The notes beneath the pieces were generated by a model. It was not told the DNA's origin, did not search any database, and was given only the letters and a program-made list of their open reading frames with translations. 64,000 nucleotides of DNA from Syncephalis fuscata S228 (taxonomy: Eukaryota; Fungi; Zoopagomycota), in the NCBI GenBank assembly GCA_025786725.1, contig JAHLTZ010000015.1, forward strand, positions 248,001 to 312,000. The letters are read 5' to 3'. Each line of letters starts with the position of its first letter. Position 1 is the stretch's first letter. The position numbers and the translations under genes were made by a program. Below are positions 26,101-42,572 of the stretch, piece by piece.

Positions 26101-26368
26101 CCAAATCAAAGGCGTGATTAACGGGCTGTGGCAGATTATCGAATGTATTGACCTATAACGCCGTTACAGTAAATATTTGGCAATTAATACTGGCTTTAAA
26201 TTATTCGAAGCTCAGCAGTAGCAGCTAATAAAGCTAATAAAGCCAATAAAGCCAATAAAGCTACTATACTGTATCGTTTATCACATACATCCAGTTTGGA
26301 CTCAATAACCTGCCACTAGCTATACTTACCCATTCTACAAAGCCTATGGCAATATTTTCAACGTCCAT
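23173..26368 (-). CDS. Hook family dynein/early-endosome adaptor
   Basis: N-terminal Hook domain (FVEW/VNTF, DLVDGIVLHDILLD, NWVLTFNNLKKI, PNLNAIAKE, AVQC, IEKIQSL), long coiled coil, and C-terminal REQQLIVSAWY..SWLGQQR. Frameshifts near 25170, 24160 and 23705. Confidence 0.92.
26224..26263. repeat. 9-bp tandem repeat (GCYAATAAA)x~4 in Hook intron 1
   Basis: gctaataaa gctaataaa gccaataaa gccaataaa gcta. Confidence 0.85.
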
Positions 26369-27033
26369 GATGACAAAAGTCCGTGAAAGCGTAAAGAAAT
26401 AAACAAAGAGCCTTTGGACACCACTAAAATGGCATCAAGCCTTTTTACCAGGGGAGACGAGAATACAGGCACGACGTATAAGCACAATAGGACACAGTGT
26501 CAGTTCGTAGCCGGACCTGCAAGTTGAAATGCGCGGTCGCTACTACTCGAAAAAAGATGGAGGCGACTTGGATGGCCACCAAAGAATGGCAATGTTTTCA
26601 CAAACACGACTGAAGTCAGCTATACGCAGTGTAGCCAGTACCACCAGTGGCAACACGATTATACGAGTATATAAACAACGTATATCGAGATGCTAAAGGA
26701 GGATGACGGTAATATTGCTAAACACGAGAAGTGAGAGTAAAAGATGAGAAAGGAAAGATAGTAGCGTCAGCTATTCTGTCTATTTGTGTGTATACTCAGC
26801 CTGTCAGTCTATTTATTTCTCTCACTTTTCTGTGTGTGTGTGTGTGTGTGTGTAAAGCGAGTAATACTTGTTCTAATGTCATAGTCTTCATTCACATATT
26901 ATCATTATTATTATTTAAATAATATTTTGTTATCATTGTCACTGATATATTTAAATAACAAAACAGTCTAGCTTGACTACAGAAAAGTAAACATTATTTA
27001 TCTATGATACCATTTAATAAATGAGTTTAGTTA

Positions 27034-27333
27034 TTAAAGTTTTCGGCAAATCATATGAGTACTGCCCGGTTCGGGCGGTAGTTGGCAAAAGTAGCCTAGT
27101 GCCTGCATTTGCGCAAACATTTCCTTTGCGTCTAGCTTGGATCGTATGCAGCTCTGATGGTTAGGAGATGCTATCGATCCCTCGGTTGTGCTTTGCGTCT
27201 TTCGACACAGTAACGGTGCATCTAGAATATATTCAATATTGGGCTGCTCCAATACAAATTCTGTGAGGCGTTTTTCTTCTTGAACATGCTGATTATCTGC
27301 TTCAGATTGTTCCACAGATGTTTTTGATCCCAT
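27034..27333 (-). CDS. Small intronless uncharacterised protein (99 aa, 4 Cys)
   Basis: ATG-to-TAA ORF with coding-like composition between AT-rich flanks: YILDAPLLC...C...MQALGYFCQLP...MICRKL. Confidence 0.65.
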   Translation of the reverse strand: MGSKTSVEQSEADNQHVQEEKRLTEFVLEQPNIEYILDAPLLCRKTQSTTEGSIASPNHQSCIRSKLDAKEMFAQMQALGYFCQLPPEPGSTHMICRKL

Positions 27334-27672
27334 ATTATCTTTTAAACAATAGTATAGTGGCTACGATGGCACGAAAAGACGTTCAAAGAATGGTAAAGCG
27401 TAATATGGATGAAAAATAGATATAAAAGTGAACAACAACAAATGGCTGCTTTTTGTTTTAGAAACCATTCTGGTTCAGCTTATGACGTAATTGCCAGATT
27501 TATATCCTTCCATGTTCTGAATCTGTTATCTATAACTGTACTGGTCTTAATTACAAGACAGTTTTATATCGATGTATCATGTCAATGGTATTACTTGATA
27601 CTGGATGTTAGAAAAGTGGATACAATCCTGTTATTATTAATCATTTGATCAACAAAAATAATTGTTTATTTA

Positions 27673-28671
27673 CTAGCTACGATGTTTGGCAAATGTTTCT
27701 TGGATACTATGACCCGTTTGAAGATCGTTCATGCAAAGCTTGTCGATTTTGAATAAACGTTCACACAATGGAAGAATATCGGCAATCCATTCGGGACATA
27801 TGCGAATGACGCCATTGTTATCGGCCATAATAATATCATCGGGTCGAATACGGATAGCCGGCGAGTGGGTGCCTTGACAAATGTCTATGGGCTCACCTAC
27901 ACAATAAATATTAATACCAAATTACAGCCAATAAAGTATTTTATGCCTACCAACGGCCGATGGTCGTGTGTAATTGCGAGCACCGTAACATGATGTGCCG
28001 CGAGCATACACCTATTTGTAGCATAAAGGTAAATGCACCATGGCATAGCCAATTACTAGAGTACTTACGGGAAATCCCATAGCACGGCTCTCTTCAACAT
28101 CTCGACAGCACCCGTCGATAATAACTCCTTGGACACCTAGATATTTGGCACGCGTGCTCATTAGACCGCCCCAGACCGCGTTAATAGATCCTGTTCAACA
28201 TGACATTGGTTCAATGATGTCATGTTCTACAATGATATTATACCTGCAGGTGTACTCATAACAATAATGCTTCCAGCATTTGCCGAGTCGACCTACATGT
28301 AGTCAAGATAGGTCAGATACAAATGACATAGAATTGCAATTACTTACAAATGTCGGACCGGTACCGGTGCCTCCTTATCCTTTGTAGAAACATGCTAAAT
28401 ACTACGGTAAGTATTGCTCTCTCTATATACGTTGTAACATAATACCTGCCTTTACTGTATGAGCTGGCCCAATAATAGCTGATGCATTATTAGTAGAGGT
28501 GTGGAATTGAAGACCAGGTAGGAATCCATCGTATCCAAGTGCTTGCAGCGCATCGGCTACCTATTATATATATACGTGTATATATTGTATAAAAATGTTT
28601 ATTTTAGTTAAAAGGTATCAACATACGTCGCATGTAGAAAAATTGAGAAGTTGTTGGTAATCTTGGCTCAT
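27673..28671 (-). CDS. RraA-like / 4-hydroxy-4-methyl-2-oxoglutarate aldolase (missed by the ORF track)
   Basis: Spliced reading: FSTCD/VADAL, GPAHTVK, AVWGGLMSTRAKYLGVQGVIIDGCCRD, GFP/VYARG, IRPDDIIMADNNGVIRI. Confidence 0.9.
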
Positions 28672-29201
28672 TGTTCAAAAAGACAACAACAAGTGACAGT
28701 AGGTAGTGGCAGGAAAACAAATTGAATATGTAAGCTGAATATAGAGTATTGATAGCAATAGAATGGTATGTGTAAGACCATAAAACTCCTGAGGGGTAAA
28801 ATGGGAGACTTTTATTCGTAGTTAATTACACAGCTTAGCATTTTAGTAATTAAAAATAAAACGTGTAATAGTGTGCAGCTATCTAAGAATGTTTAATAAT
28901 AATAGAATATCAATATTATTGTGGGTTTAAAGTTAAAAAACAATATAGCTATTTATTATGTTTGTTGCATGCTGTATTGTCGATTTATATATCCATAGAC
29001 AGCTATAACAAAGAGTTAAAAATAAAAGAATATTGTTAAAGTATGTAAAAAGACTTGTCAATTATGTTGGCATTAGTCATGTGTATTTACAGTAAAACTG
29101 TAGCTGCATCATAACAATCCTATCTAAAGGCGTGGTATAAATTATTATTATTATAACATAATAATAAACAAACCTTATTTGTTCACCAAAAAGAAATAAC
29201 C

Positions 29202-30980
29202 ATGTCTGTACTCGATGAAACAAAGCCATATGTGCATGTTCCTGGTGTAAACCACTTGTCAAAGCCGCCTAGCCCACATCAAGCGACCAAAGTATCTAAA
29301 CTTCATGCTTCAAACAGCTTTGGAGCTGGTATTAAAATAGGCATTATAGATGGTGGTGTCGATTATACCCATTCTGCTTTGGTGGCCACTTTAGTCCTGG
29401 CCATAAAGTTGCATTTGGTTATAATTTTGTTGGTAATGACTTTACTGGCTTTAATAATCCGGTACCAAGCGATGATCCCATTGATACTTGCAATGGTCAA
29501 GGTACTCGAGTTGCCGGTATTATTGCCGGTAAACAGAACCCATTCTATGGTGTTGCACCTGATGCAACATTGGGTGCATACCGTGTATCTGGATGTGTCG
29601 GTACTACAGCTATTGGAGATTATTGTTATGCCAACTCATGCTAGAGCCGGTCCAGCTATGAATGACATAGTAATAATAGTTGAAGAAATGATTAGTCTCG
29701 GTGTAGTAATTGTAATGTCAGTTGCTAGTGGCAATCAGTACAAAAATATGGTGGACATTTCTTCGCCAATTCGATCCTATGTGTTGCTAGTTGGTGGTAT
29801 TGTCATACCATTCAATATGACTTACTGGTTTTCACTAAAAAGCATCTATGACGTGCCAATTCCTTATAAAACAAATTGCCATAATATAAATCATAAATTG
29901 GATTTGATAAACGCCGCTCCTGCTATTGGTAAACTATCAAGCGATGCCAGATGTCGACTTATTGGGGATGTCAAAGAAAATAATGCTTTTATGAGGTTTA
30001 ACAATTGTTTTCCTAGTCAATTACTGGCTGAAGCAAACAAACATAATGCTAAGGGCGTTATCATGGAATTAAAGGAACAATCATTACCGTCAATTGTTTG
30101 TAAACTTTCTTTATTCTACGTTCAGTCATATTACTTTAATCAACTATTAAAACATCTAGAAATAACTCATCCGGTACAATTGAACTTTGAAGAAAAAGTA
30201 GGCCAATTGAATATACCTGAAATGATACATGTAGATGCAAATTCGGCACAAGACTTTTCGTTGACTGCCTTATCCTATCCAAATGTTTCAGCAACAAGTG
30301 CCAGGTTATTTACGACTATACCAGTAAGGGAAGGTCTCTATGAACTAGCTGATGAATTATCGCTTGCAGCTGCCTATGCTGCAGGTACTGCTGCTCTTTT
30401 TGTTCATGACGACGACAGAAAAAGAGTAATGATTAGTTTATTAAAAGTTAGATTTAGCAATACTGCTTTGCCAATGATGGACAATACATGTCTAATGGTT
30501 AATTTGGTGGCTAACCAAGGTGCCGGTTTACTCAACGCTTTCCGTATTGTTAACAATAAAACAACTGTCGTGCCAGCAACGATCATTTCTCTGATGAGAG
30601 ATTTTGAGTCAAAGATGCCAATGGTCACCTCACTAGAACGATTTAAATTACAAATGCTAGTCAGGAACGACGTAAATATATAATGGGACAAATTCCAGTT
30701 GTCTCTGTTAGTCGTCTACATTCAAATCAAAAAGGCAGACAAAAATGTTTCAACGTGTACTTTCAGCTGCAAAGATTTCGTTTTCCGAAACAAGATTTGA
30801 ATTGGGCTACAAAGAGGTAAAAAAGTAATTGTTAAAATTATGACACCAAAATCATTGCGTAGTTGACAAACTTGAGTTTTCTCCGGTTATATTACAATCG
30901 ATATTGGCATGAACGCTACACTCTTACTGTCGTATGATGGTGTACGTGTTCCATATATCAAAATTATAAGTCCAATACAA
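29202..30980 (+). pseudogene. Decayed S8A subtilisin (PA/Fn3-type fungal subtilase)
   Basis: GAGIKIGIIDGGVDYTHSAL, then after a frameshift GHKVAFGYNFVGND...DTCNGQGTRVAGIIAG...GVAPDATLGAYRV. Catalytic His is Gln; GTSMA is ELSLA; QGAGLLNA is retained. Stops and frameshifts in the 3' region; no signal peptide or prodomain seen. Confidence 0.85.
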
Positions 30981-31479
30981 TAATAATGTTTTGGTATCAG
31001 ATAAATAAATGTAATTATAAATTTTCTCTGATTATATTGCAATTAATATTAATAAAAGTACGGTATCCATACTGTTGTATAATGCCGTTTGTGTTTCCTA
31101 TATTGAAATTACAAATAAAACTGACTAGAGCAACAATTTAATATAAATTAATTCAATGCAATTATGTTTATTATTTTAATTAAATCAAATGCAATAATAA
31201 TTGTTTTATTTTAATTAATCAAATAAAATCATGTTAATTATTTAATGTTAATTAATCAAATGTAATCTTAGACACATTATTACATAATAATTCTATCATC
31301 AATTTTAATAACTAATTCATAACTAATACGAGCAATTATTTCCATAGTTCAATACACAATAACACTGAAGCAATAAACGATAATCATGACAATGGATATA
31401 AAGAGAAGCTGTTGTTACACAATGCATGGTGACAATGTGTACAAAAACATTAATAAGTAGAGAGTAAATAGCATAAATA

Positions 31480-33904
<2,425 letters not shown>

Positions 33905-35151
33905 AATGAAAGTAATGGATATAAACTATTTGCAACTGCAGTTATAGCTGTAATACTTTTAACAATATATAAATGAATAAAAACGAAAGGAAATAAAGGA
34001 TAGACTATCAAATACGAGTACTATCTAAGAATAGCACTAACTATAGACGGGATAAATAATGGATAGTATATAAACGTAGCGCAATGCAAAAGTAAACAAG
34101 AGTCCAGCAGTGGAGGTGCCGTTTAAAAGGACGTTGCTGAAATAGAAAGTGCCAGCGGGGTTGCTTTTTCAATAACGAAAAGAAGAAGAAGAAGAAAGCG
34201 GTAATAACTATATAGCTAGTAAGCGATAGTCTTTTTACTGTCAAGTAAGCGTAAGCAAACAAATGAACAAACAAACAAGGATGAGAAGAGTGGAAGAGTG
34301 GAAGCGTAGAGCGGCTCAATTGCTTAAGTATAACTTGTCACTTATGGACAGTCAAACAAAAGAAACAATAGCCGGTCAGAGATGACTTGAAGGATAAAAA
34401 GAAGGAAATAGAACCAGTTCGTCAAATGTGGCTATGCCGAGTTAGTAATACTAATAATAACAATAATAGTAGTGTTTATTATTATTGTTGTTGTTGTTAT
34501 TGGTGTCGACTAAAACGTATGGTCGTACGAATAAAGCAACTCGGGAAAAAGACTACCGTATAAAATAAAACAATACACTTATGCACAATAAGAGTAACGA
34601 TAAAAGTAGCAACAACAACAACAACAACAACAGCAATATTAACTCAGTAAAAGAAACATCAAACAATTTAATCGTAATTTCACCTAACTGACCAGTATAT
34701 TTTTAACTAAACCCTGTCACTTGAATGGTCTCGTGGTGGATGTCGCGTGAACATTTTTGCTATTTCCTTTGTCGTTGGTAAAAATAGCCACTGTCAGGCT
34801 AATAATGACGCATGATGTTCATCAGTCAACGACTATTTTCTATTCTATTCCATTGGTGTGCTTGTGTATACTTGTGTATGGCCTATGCTTGTGTATGGCT
34901 GTGTAGTTTATCGTAGATCAGCTGATATGATGTCATACAAATGGGTAAATAGATTGGATGCCATGCCATTAAACGATAGATATCACTCGCCGTACTACCA
35001 TAATTAGTAACTACTACCACTGAAGTATATCGGAGTTTAGTTTCATCTTTTCTTTTTGTTACCATTAATTTATTCATTTATCATTCAATTAAGCTATCAA
35101 TTAGTATAAGAAGAGGAGATAGATTTTTGTATTTAATTCGTTCTACTACTA

Positions 35152-37439
35152 CTAAACATATCGACGTTTTTTATCACTAGGTAATGAAGAAGAGGATGGT
35201 GCAACAGCATGGTCATCACTATGGTTATCCGTAGTATCAGCACTTGTCGTATTAAGCAAGTCGGTTGAATTGGTTTGTACTGGATTTAACGTAGAAACCG
35301 GTTCAGTAGTCGCTACAGCTACTGGTGGTGTAGCCTCTTCCATTGGCGTATCTTCTAAATACATTAGCTGGTTGGTTAATATTAGATCACCAAGGATATA
35401 CGCATGGTTACCTTGACTAGTACTAGATATAGTTTGTGTGGCCGTTAACGGCAAACTATCAACATGATAGCTGGGTAGAGCGGGACAGTCAATAACCTTG
35501 GTCGTTGATAGTAAGAATCCACCACCTGAGCTCATATTCATCATAGGATGGGTTCGACCAGATAACACCTAGTAGGAGATATTAGACGTCACATATAGAT
35601 CATTGATATACATTAGTATGAGTGGCATGAGGTACTTAATGATAAGGGTGGTGGTGATACTATTGACATGTAGTACTGGTGCCACAGTAATAACATGGGA
35701 AACTCACCTGATGTTCTCGAAGCCAGCTTTCGGTCAATTGTACATTAAGACATTCAGGTGAACGGCGCATATGGACGGCAAGGTCGACCAATGGCTATTC
35801 AATGAAAATAGATTCATTAATGACAATGGAAATTGGCCTATTGTTTATCTTACTTCTTTATGGGCACCATAGAATATAATAGGACGAGATCCAGCGACAA
35901 AAGGCAATAGATGATTTAATACTGATTGGGGACATAATTGTGTAGACACTAGTAATCTAGAAAGTATTCATTAGTTAATTAATCGTCTATTAATTGTTAT
36001 TGTTGTTGATTGTTGTATTGTAATTACCCATCAAAATAGTTTGGTTGTAACATGTTACGGGCTTGTTCGATTCTTTCATTACGAATACGTCGACGATCAG
36101 TTGTTCTTTTTTGCCATGCGTTAAATGATTCTGTGGTGGTTGTTCCTTCTGCTCCTTCTACTATTGACGTTGTTGTTGCGGTTGTTACTATTGATAGTTT
36201 ATTAGTGTCACATTCATGTGTAAATTCACGTGCACAGATACACAAACATAGGCACATACATATATACATACATACACACTCTTTTTAACACATACCTTCA
36301 GGTTCTTCAGTTGGTGTTGCGTATATTTGTTCCCAACTAATCGTTCTTAATGGTTCAGTAATGTGGCGTGGAAAGTTAAGATAGCGTATAACATCAAAAT
36401 TATGGTTTTCACCATCATGAATAGCCAGTAATTCACCGTGACCACCCATACGATCCAATACAGCTGATACTAACATGCCTTGTGCATCATCAACGACCAA
36501 CATACGTGTACCGGCAAATACATTACCAAATGTTAATAATTGAGATAGTGTATCTAATCGAATATCCCTATAATAATAATAATAATAATAATATAATGAT
36601 CATATACAGTAAGTAGTACATTTCAATGATTAACTACACTTACATAATCTTCATGGGATTTTTGGTAAAGAAATGGTCACATACAGCATGTAATGTAGGT
36701 CGAATAGGTGTAAATACTTTAGAGAATCTAGTCATCTATTAATATAATGGCTATTATATACACAAATATTAAATACTTTTGTCGCTTTCTCCTAATGTAT
36801 TTGGCCTTTGAATATTCGGTCTTTTTCTCAAATGATTGATTATTTTCGGCCACTTTTTGAATTAATGTCTAGTATTAATTAGATTAAATATAATAACCTT
36901 AATAATAGCTAACCTCGGCATCAAGTTTGCCTTCAAGTCCTTCACGCTTCATTCTCTCTATATCGGTATGGGTCAGTTGTTGACTAGTACCATCTTGAAT
37001 GATATCTTTATTATTGGCATCTGAATCATAGGCTATGACACTAGTTAGTTTTATTTAAGTAAATAAAGATACGTCAATCTAATTACCTGCTTCATCTTGA
37101 TCAAGCTGATGAATGACCCGAAGTTGACGCTTGCCAATCACTTCATAGGATAGTCCAAATGGTTTACCGATAATATCATCGGCTAGGAAGGAACCAAATT
37201 TGCCTAAACTTACAGTACTACGCGTAGAGTGTCAGTTGTTACAACGTAAACTATTGTCACCACTCTACTTACTGTCCACGCTGTAGTCGAAGTACTTTAG
37301 TATTACCACTAGGCATACGGATAAACGTGTAGGCTGATTCTTGTATACATAGTGCTGTACTCTGAGTGTTATTGTCGGGTATGACAGTCGGTGTTGACGT
37401 ATCAACCGACACTTGAGCCGTTTCTTGATTAGTAGACAT
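35152..37439 (-). CDS. GCD10: tRNA m1A58 methyltransferase non-catalytic subunit Trm6/Gcd10
   Basis: LGKFGSF, NNKDIIQDGTSQQLT, SFEKKTEYSKAKYI, IRLDTLSQLLTFGNV, LVVDDAQGMLVSAVLDRMGG and GRTHPMMNMSSGGGFLLS. Confidence 0.92.
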
Positions 37440-39498
37440 TTAAAATGTATGTTATAGATTCACAATGCCACGTTAAATAAAATTTAATACTTAACGTAAC
37501 GTAATCTGAAGTCAAAATGGCAATAAAAAGATCAAAAAATAAAAATAAAAATATTTGTTATTGTTGTTGATTAATATTTATTAACATTTATTGACATCAC
37601 ATTAATTTACTTGTACTTATAGATTCTGTAATAGTATTTATTAGCTAATGGTTTACTATTAACACGGTGTACTATTACTATCTCTAGTAGCCCCTGATAA
37701 ACTATTTATATCTCTAGACGCAGCAACAGAAGCAGAAGCAGCAGCAGAAGAGGTATCAACAACAATAGCAACCCTTTCAAACTGCAACCAATATCTGCGC
37801 TGATAGATAGTGTTTAACCAATAGATTAGCAGCAAGGATGAACGGAATAATAGCTCTATTAGGTGATTTATTCACAATTGATGCTTTACACCAATGACAG
37901 ATCTCATGTCTGTAACTAGAAAGCAACATTTTCTTTCTTTACTTTTATCGGTTTATTTGTTTTTCTACTATTGCGGCCCTTACCGTAATCTGGCCACTCT
38001 ATTGCATTTTAGTGTGGTATACGTTTATTTATCCTTAAAGCGTTCTACTACTACTACTGCTGCTACTATTATTGCTACTACTATTGCTACTACTATTGCT
38101 ACTAACAAGATTCACATCGTCATATTACACACGTGGTGTGTATTCATTCTCCTCGCTTTCTTTATTTGGTCTCTATTGACTATCTATTCAATAGAGTGTG
38201 TTGTTATTGGTAGTAGAACGTGTGGTATCTATACTCGTGTGGTCTCGCCCCTCTCTCTCTTCTACTCAATTGTTGGTCAATAGCGTCAGTATAGCGGCAG
38301 TTGCGTGGTTGTGATTGCCGTAGTGGTCATAGACATTTCTGCTTTTCTATAGCATATATTTTAAACAACACCACGCGCACACACACCCACACATACATAC
38401 ATACACCGGTCCACACACACGCGCATACACCCGATTGCAGTTTATCGGACCTGGTCAAGTCACGACTGCTGGCTGTCGTACTGTTCTCCACATATTCGTA
38501 TATCCACGCACTTACACACCACGCTATTTGCCAAGTCTTAGTATTAAACGAGTTATTTGGTTTGAATAAGCTAACGGGGCCAGAGTGCAGGTAAGCTTAT
38601 GCGCAAGACCAGCTTATGGTCATTACTCTGGTATTGCGCTAACCTTGTTAAAACGCATATCTATGAACTATACCCGTGTATTACTTGCCAATACGACTGT
38701 CATCTCGACTTTTACTGTTACAATTTACCTAATTCTTTTGTTCGACTTTTAAAAGTTACCACTTTTATTGTACAAGTCAAAAATATTTGTGTAAACATTG
38801 ACTTGTTCATCACACACACACACCACAAATTACACTCACTCGCCCACTCACTCATTCGGTATTGCTTATTCACGCACTTCTCCTTGAACACAGACGACCA
38901 AAGCGCTATTGCTCACTGTCCTGCCCATACCTTCTTTCCTCCTTTTCTACCACACCAATAACATCGTCTCCGCCGTCATCCCCATACAAATAGGCCACAC
39001 ATCGCTATAAGCGGCGCGCTTCCTTTGTGTATAGCGTAGTGTCTGGGTTGATGAGTTGCGGGACTGAATCTTATTAGTTTCTTCCTTCACTACACTTCAT
39101 CTTACTATCGGTCTCAATTCACTAACTGGTCAACACCATACGAGCACTATTATAACACCACACGCCCACACCGTGTCATCGTTATTTGTCGGTCTGTCTT
39201 TCTTTCTTTCTTTCATTCTCAATTCTGCTCGTTCCCTCTTTCAACTCGTCTCCTTTCCTTTCTGCCGTGCTCCTTACACACGCATACTGCTCGTTTAAAC
39301 CTTTCTTTCTCCTTTAACAACAACACTACTTGATAGGCCCTTATTCCTACCAAGTTTGTGTGGGTTAGACGGATCGTTTGATACGGCGATAGCAGCAGCA
39401 GCAGCAGCAGCAATAGCAGCCACAGCGGTAATAACAATAATAATACCACTCTAGCAACGACTACGACTATTTACCGATAACTGCACCACCACCGCCAT

Positions 39499-39500
<2 letters not shown>

Positions 39501-39533
<33 letters not shown>

Positions 39534-39551
39534 TCACTACCATCACTACTA
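39501..39551. repeat. (CTA)n trinucleotide microsatellite upstream of VPS9
   Basis: ctactactactactactactactactacta... Confidence 0.9.
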
Positions 39552-39601
39552 CCGGCAACGACGACGATATTTACACAAACAACGGGTCACATCCTTTGCT
39601 G

Positions 39602-42305
39602 ATGATCGGTATCACTGAAGAAACAGTCATGGCACAGCCTATAAAATCATCTCTATTGGATGAGACGTTAACGACTACAGTGGCCGCAACAAGACCATCA
39701 CCCCGTCAACAGCCAAATACTGCACAAGGCAATGGCGGCAATGGCCATGCTGTACCGGCAATTACCGTTAATAATGACCATCGACCCGAATCGCCGTCGA
39801 CAAGTAGTTTAAATCGGCCCATATCGCTTAAATCAACGGGGAGAACAGCGTCACGTCCTACTGCTTTACAACTGCATTCAACATCTACACTATTAAGTGA
39901 AGGCGGTAATATTCAGGATGGCATTAATCAATCAGGTAAGTTATGTTGGACTATATGCGGTGTGGTAGCATGAATGCCAATCTTCTTTTGCTCATTTGCG
40001 TTATGGTGACCTTGTCGCTTAACAGCTTCTCCGCCCGGCACGCCGCGACTAACGGTTGCGACGACAAAGGCCGATGATGCGGGCGGTGATCGTACACCGA
40101 AGGCGAGTGCGCGGCAGCATATTGGTGCCAGCCCCAACGGCAGCATCATTAATAGTAAAGGTACTATAAGCAATCATGGTGTGTTATCGCCTTCATCGTC
40201 CCCTTCGTTACCCTCTTCTACCCTCGCTACCTCGTTATTATCTAATACATCGGCTAATACTAAACAAGATGATACGTTAGTGTCAGCCGATGGCGAGCAA
40301 AGTGCCAAAAAGGACGAAAAGCCAAAGTTTGATTATCGAAAGTTTTTGGAACAAATGCGACATCGTAGTTCTGCACCTATTACTCGATATTTAAAAAGGT
40401 ACGATGCTTATTAATGATTGTAGGTGTTGTAATGCTAAATGAGTTGTACTAGCTTTTTACGAGAGTTCCATAAAAAGGCATGGACAGTTAATGAACAAGT
40501 TCGGATTATTCATGACTTTCTCGAAGTAAGTGTTATAGTATACAATGGCAACTATGATATTAAGGATAAACTACATCTAGTTTATTGAAAACAAAATGCT
40601 TGAATGTGATCAATGGCGTAATTCATCTGAAATAGAATTGACAATGCACGTGAAGGCATGGAAAAACTTGTTATGAATCGATTATTTGGCGAGTAAGTAA
40701 TTGGTTTATTATTAACAATAATAGGAATGATAATGGTAATTTATTAATATTAATCTATTATATTTATAATAGAATTTTCTGTTCTTCAACTACCGATGAT
40801 GCTGAACGAGATGAAATTATTCATCAAAAGATTCAAATATTCCGTTGGATTGAAGAACGGCACTTGGATATTCCAATAAGTCCACATAACGCGTCCTATT
40901 TTGAGTTTGCACAAAAAGGTTAGTATAATAATATATGTATATATATTAGAATAGTAATTAATACAATAATATGCTGTCTATTATAGAATTGCTTAAGATG
41001 AATAATTACCGAGCACCGCGTGACAAACTTATTTGTATTCTCAATTGTTGCATTGTTATCTTTAGTAAGTGGAATAATAGCCCATTTAAATATGAATTAT
41101 ACTAACGATTATAAAGGCTTACTTCGCCGTATGGAGGGAGAATCGGCGGGTGCCGATATTTTCTTACCTATTCTCATTTATGTAGTTATTAAAGCCAATC
41201 CAGAACAATTGGTATCCAATGTGCAGTAAGTCATAACTGCAGTATTATTAATTAGTGGTCTATTCTGCTAGATATTTAATTAATCATCCTATTTATTCTA
41301 TTAGATATATTTCACGTTTCCGACATCCATCTCGATTGGAATCGGAAGCTGGCTATTATTTAACCAATCTAGTAAGCGATTAATATAAATCGTATATAGC
41401 AATATATACTAACACCATCATCTTGTTATAGCTAAGTGTCATTTCGTTTTTAGAACGATTGGATGCAAGTCTATTATCAATTACCAAAGAAGAGTTTGAT
41501 AGGTAAGTAATAAACATAAATACTGATATCAGCATATTAATATCTATTTATATGATGTAGCCATATCAGCCGTACGCTAGAGGAAATGGCACGAGAAAAA
41601 CCAGATGTGAGCTCACCGCCTGTGCGTTCTCCCATTAATTACGAAAATGTAACGCCTCCTATGACGCCTTCTTCTTCTTCGCGCGGCCCATCTCGGCGGC
41701 CTTCTTTGTCTGGCTCACCTGGTACATTATCGGGTACATCTACGCCATTACGCTCCAATAACTATAGTCTTTTCTCCAGGAGCGCCAATATAGCCCATCG
41801 AGTAGTGCGCCGTATCGATCAATTTTTAGAATCAAACGATCATGATGACACGGCATCTACCACGTCTACCGCGGCTCTATTTACCGGTGCTGCATCCCCG
41901 CCCAGTACAATCTCTACCACCACCACGGCCTGGTCGCCCACTGCCTCGCAACGTGGAATGAGTGGCAATAGCAGCAATAACGGCGGCAATACCATGGCCA
42001 ATGTCCCTTTAGGAGTCCGCCGGGCCCGTACGATGTCGATTGATTCCAGTACCTCATTATTTACCCTATCCGACGCCCAATCCATCCGAACACGCAGCAC
42101 CATCTCACGCAGCAAAGACTATTGCGTAGCATTTAATACATTGCGCGACATGTTCCCGAATGTCGATGTCGATGTCTGTGAAGTTGTTCTACAGGCCAAT
42201 CGTGGACATCTTCCACCGGCCATCGAAGCATTGCTAGAAATATCCAATAGCATTGCTAGTGAACACGATGAGCCATATGAAGATGAAGATGAAACTGGCC
42301 ATTAA
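39602..42305 (+). CDS. VPS9: Vps9 Rab5 GEF with C-terminal CUE domain
   Basis: FDYRKFLEQMR, EGMEKLVMNRL, YRAPRDKLICILNCC, GADIFLPILIYVVIKANP, SNVQYISRFR and EAGYYLTNL. CUE LRDMFPNVDVDVCEVVL. The start ATG could be 39602 or 39629. Confidence 0.95.
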
Positions 42306-42572
42306 GAATAACCGCACTTATGCTATACACGTACACAAAACGTATATAGGTTAAGTGTACGTGTACGTGTGTTTGTGTTTGTGTTGTGTGTTTGTGTGTA
42401 TAGGCTACTACAGTATATTCTCTTTTATTTTCTTACTTTATTACTTCTTTCTATTGTTGTTGTTGTTGTTGTTTACAGATTCCGTGAAGCGATCATTACT
42501 TTTGTTCTTTTAATTTAGTGGTATCTGATTCAATTAATTGTGTTTCTTGTTTGTTTTTGAGTGATTGCCAAC

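Noticed and set aside
26439-26450. GCCTTTTTAC resembling U5 loop I
   Set aside because: It has five Ts rather than four and no flanking stem, and it lies in the Hook upstream region.
37894-39449. Several 76-129 aa ORFs upstream of VPS9, and similar ORFs at 4546, 7035, 22402, 34041, 43060, 51446 and 57093
   Set aside because: They are translations of microsatellite or pyrimidine-rich non-coding DNA (THTHT, CVCVC, RYRYR, poly-L).
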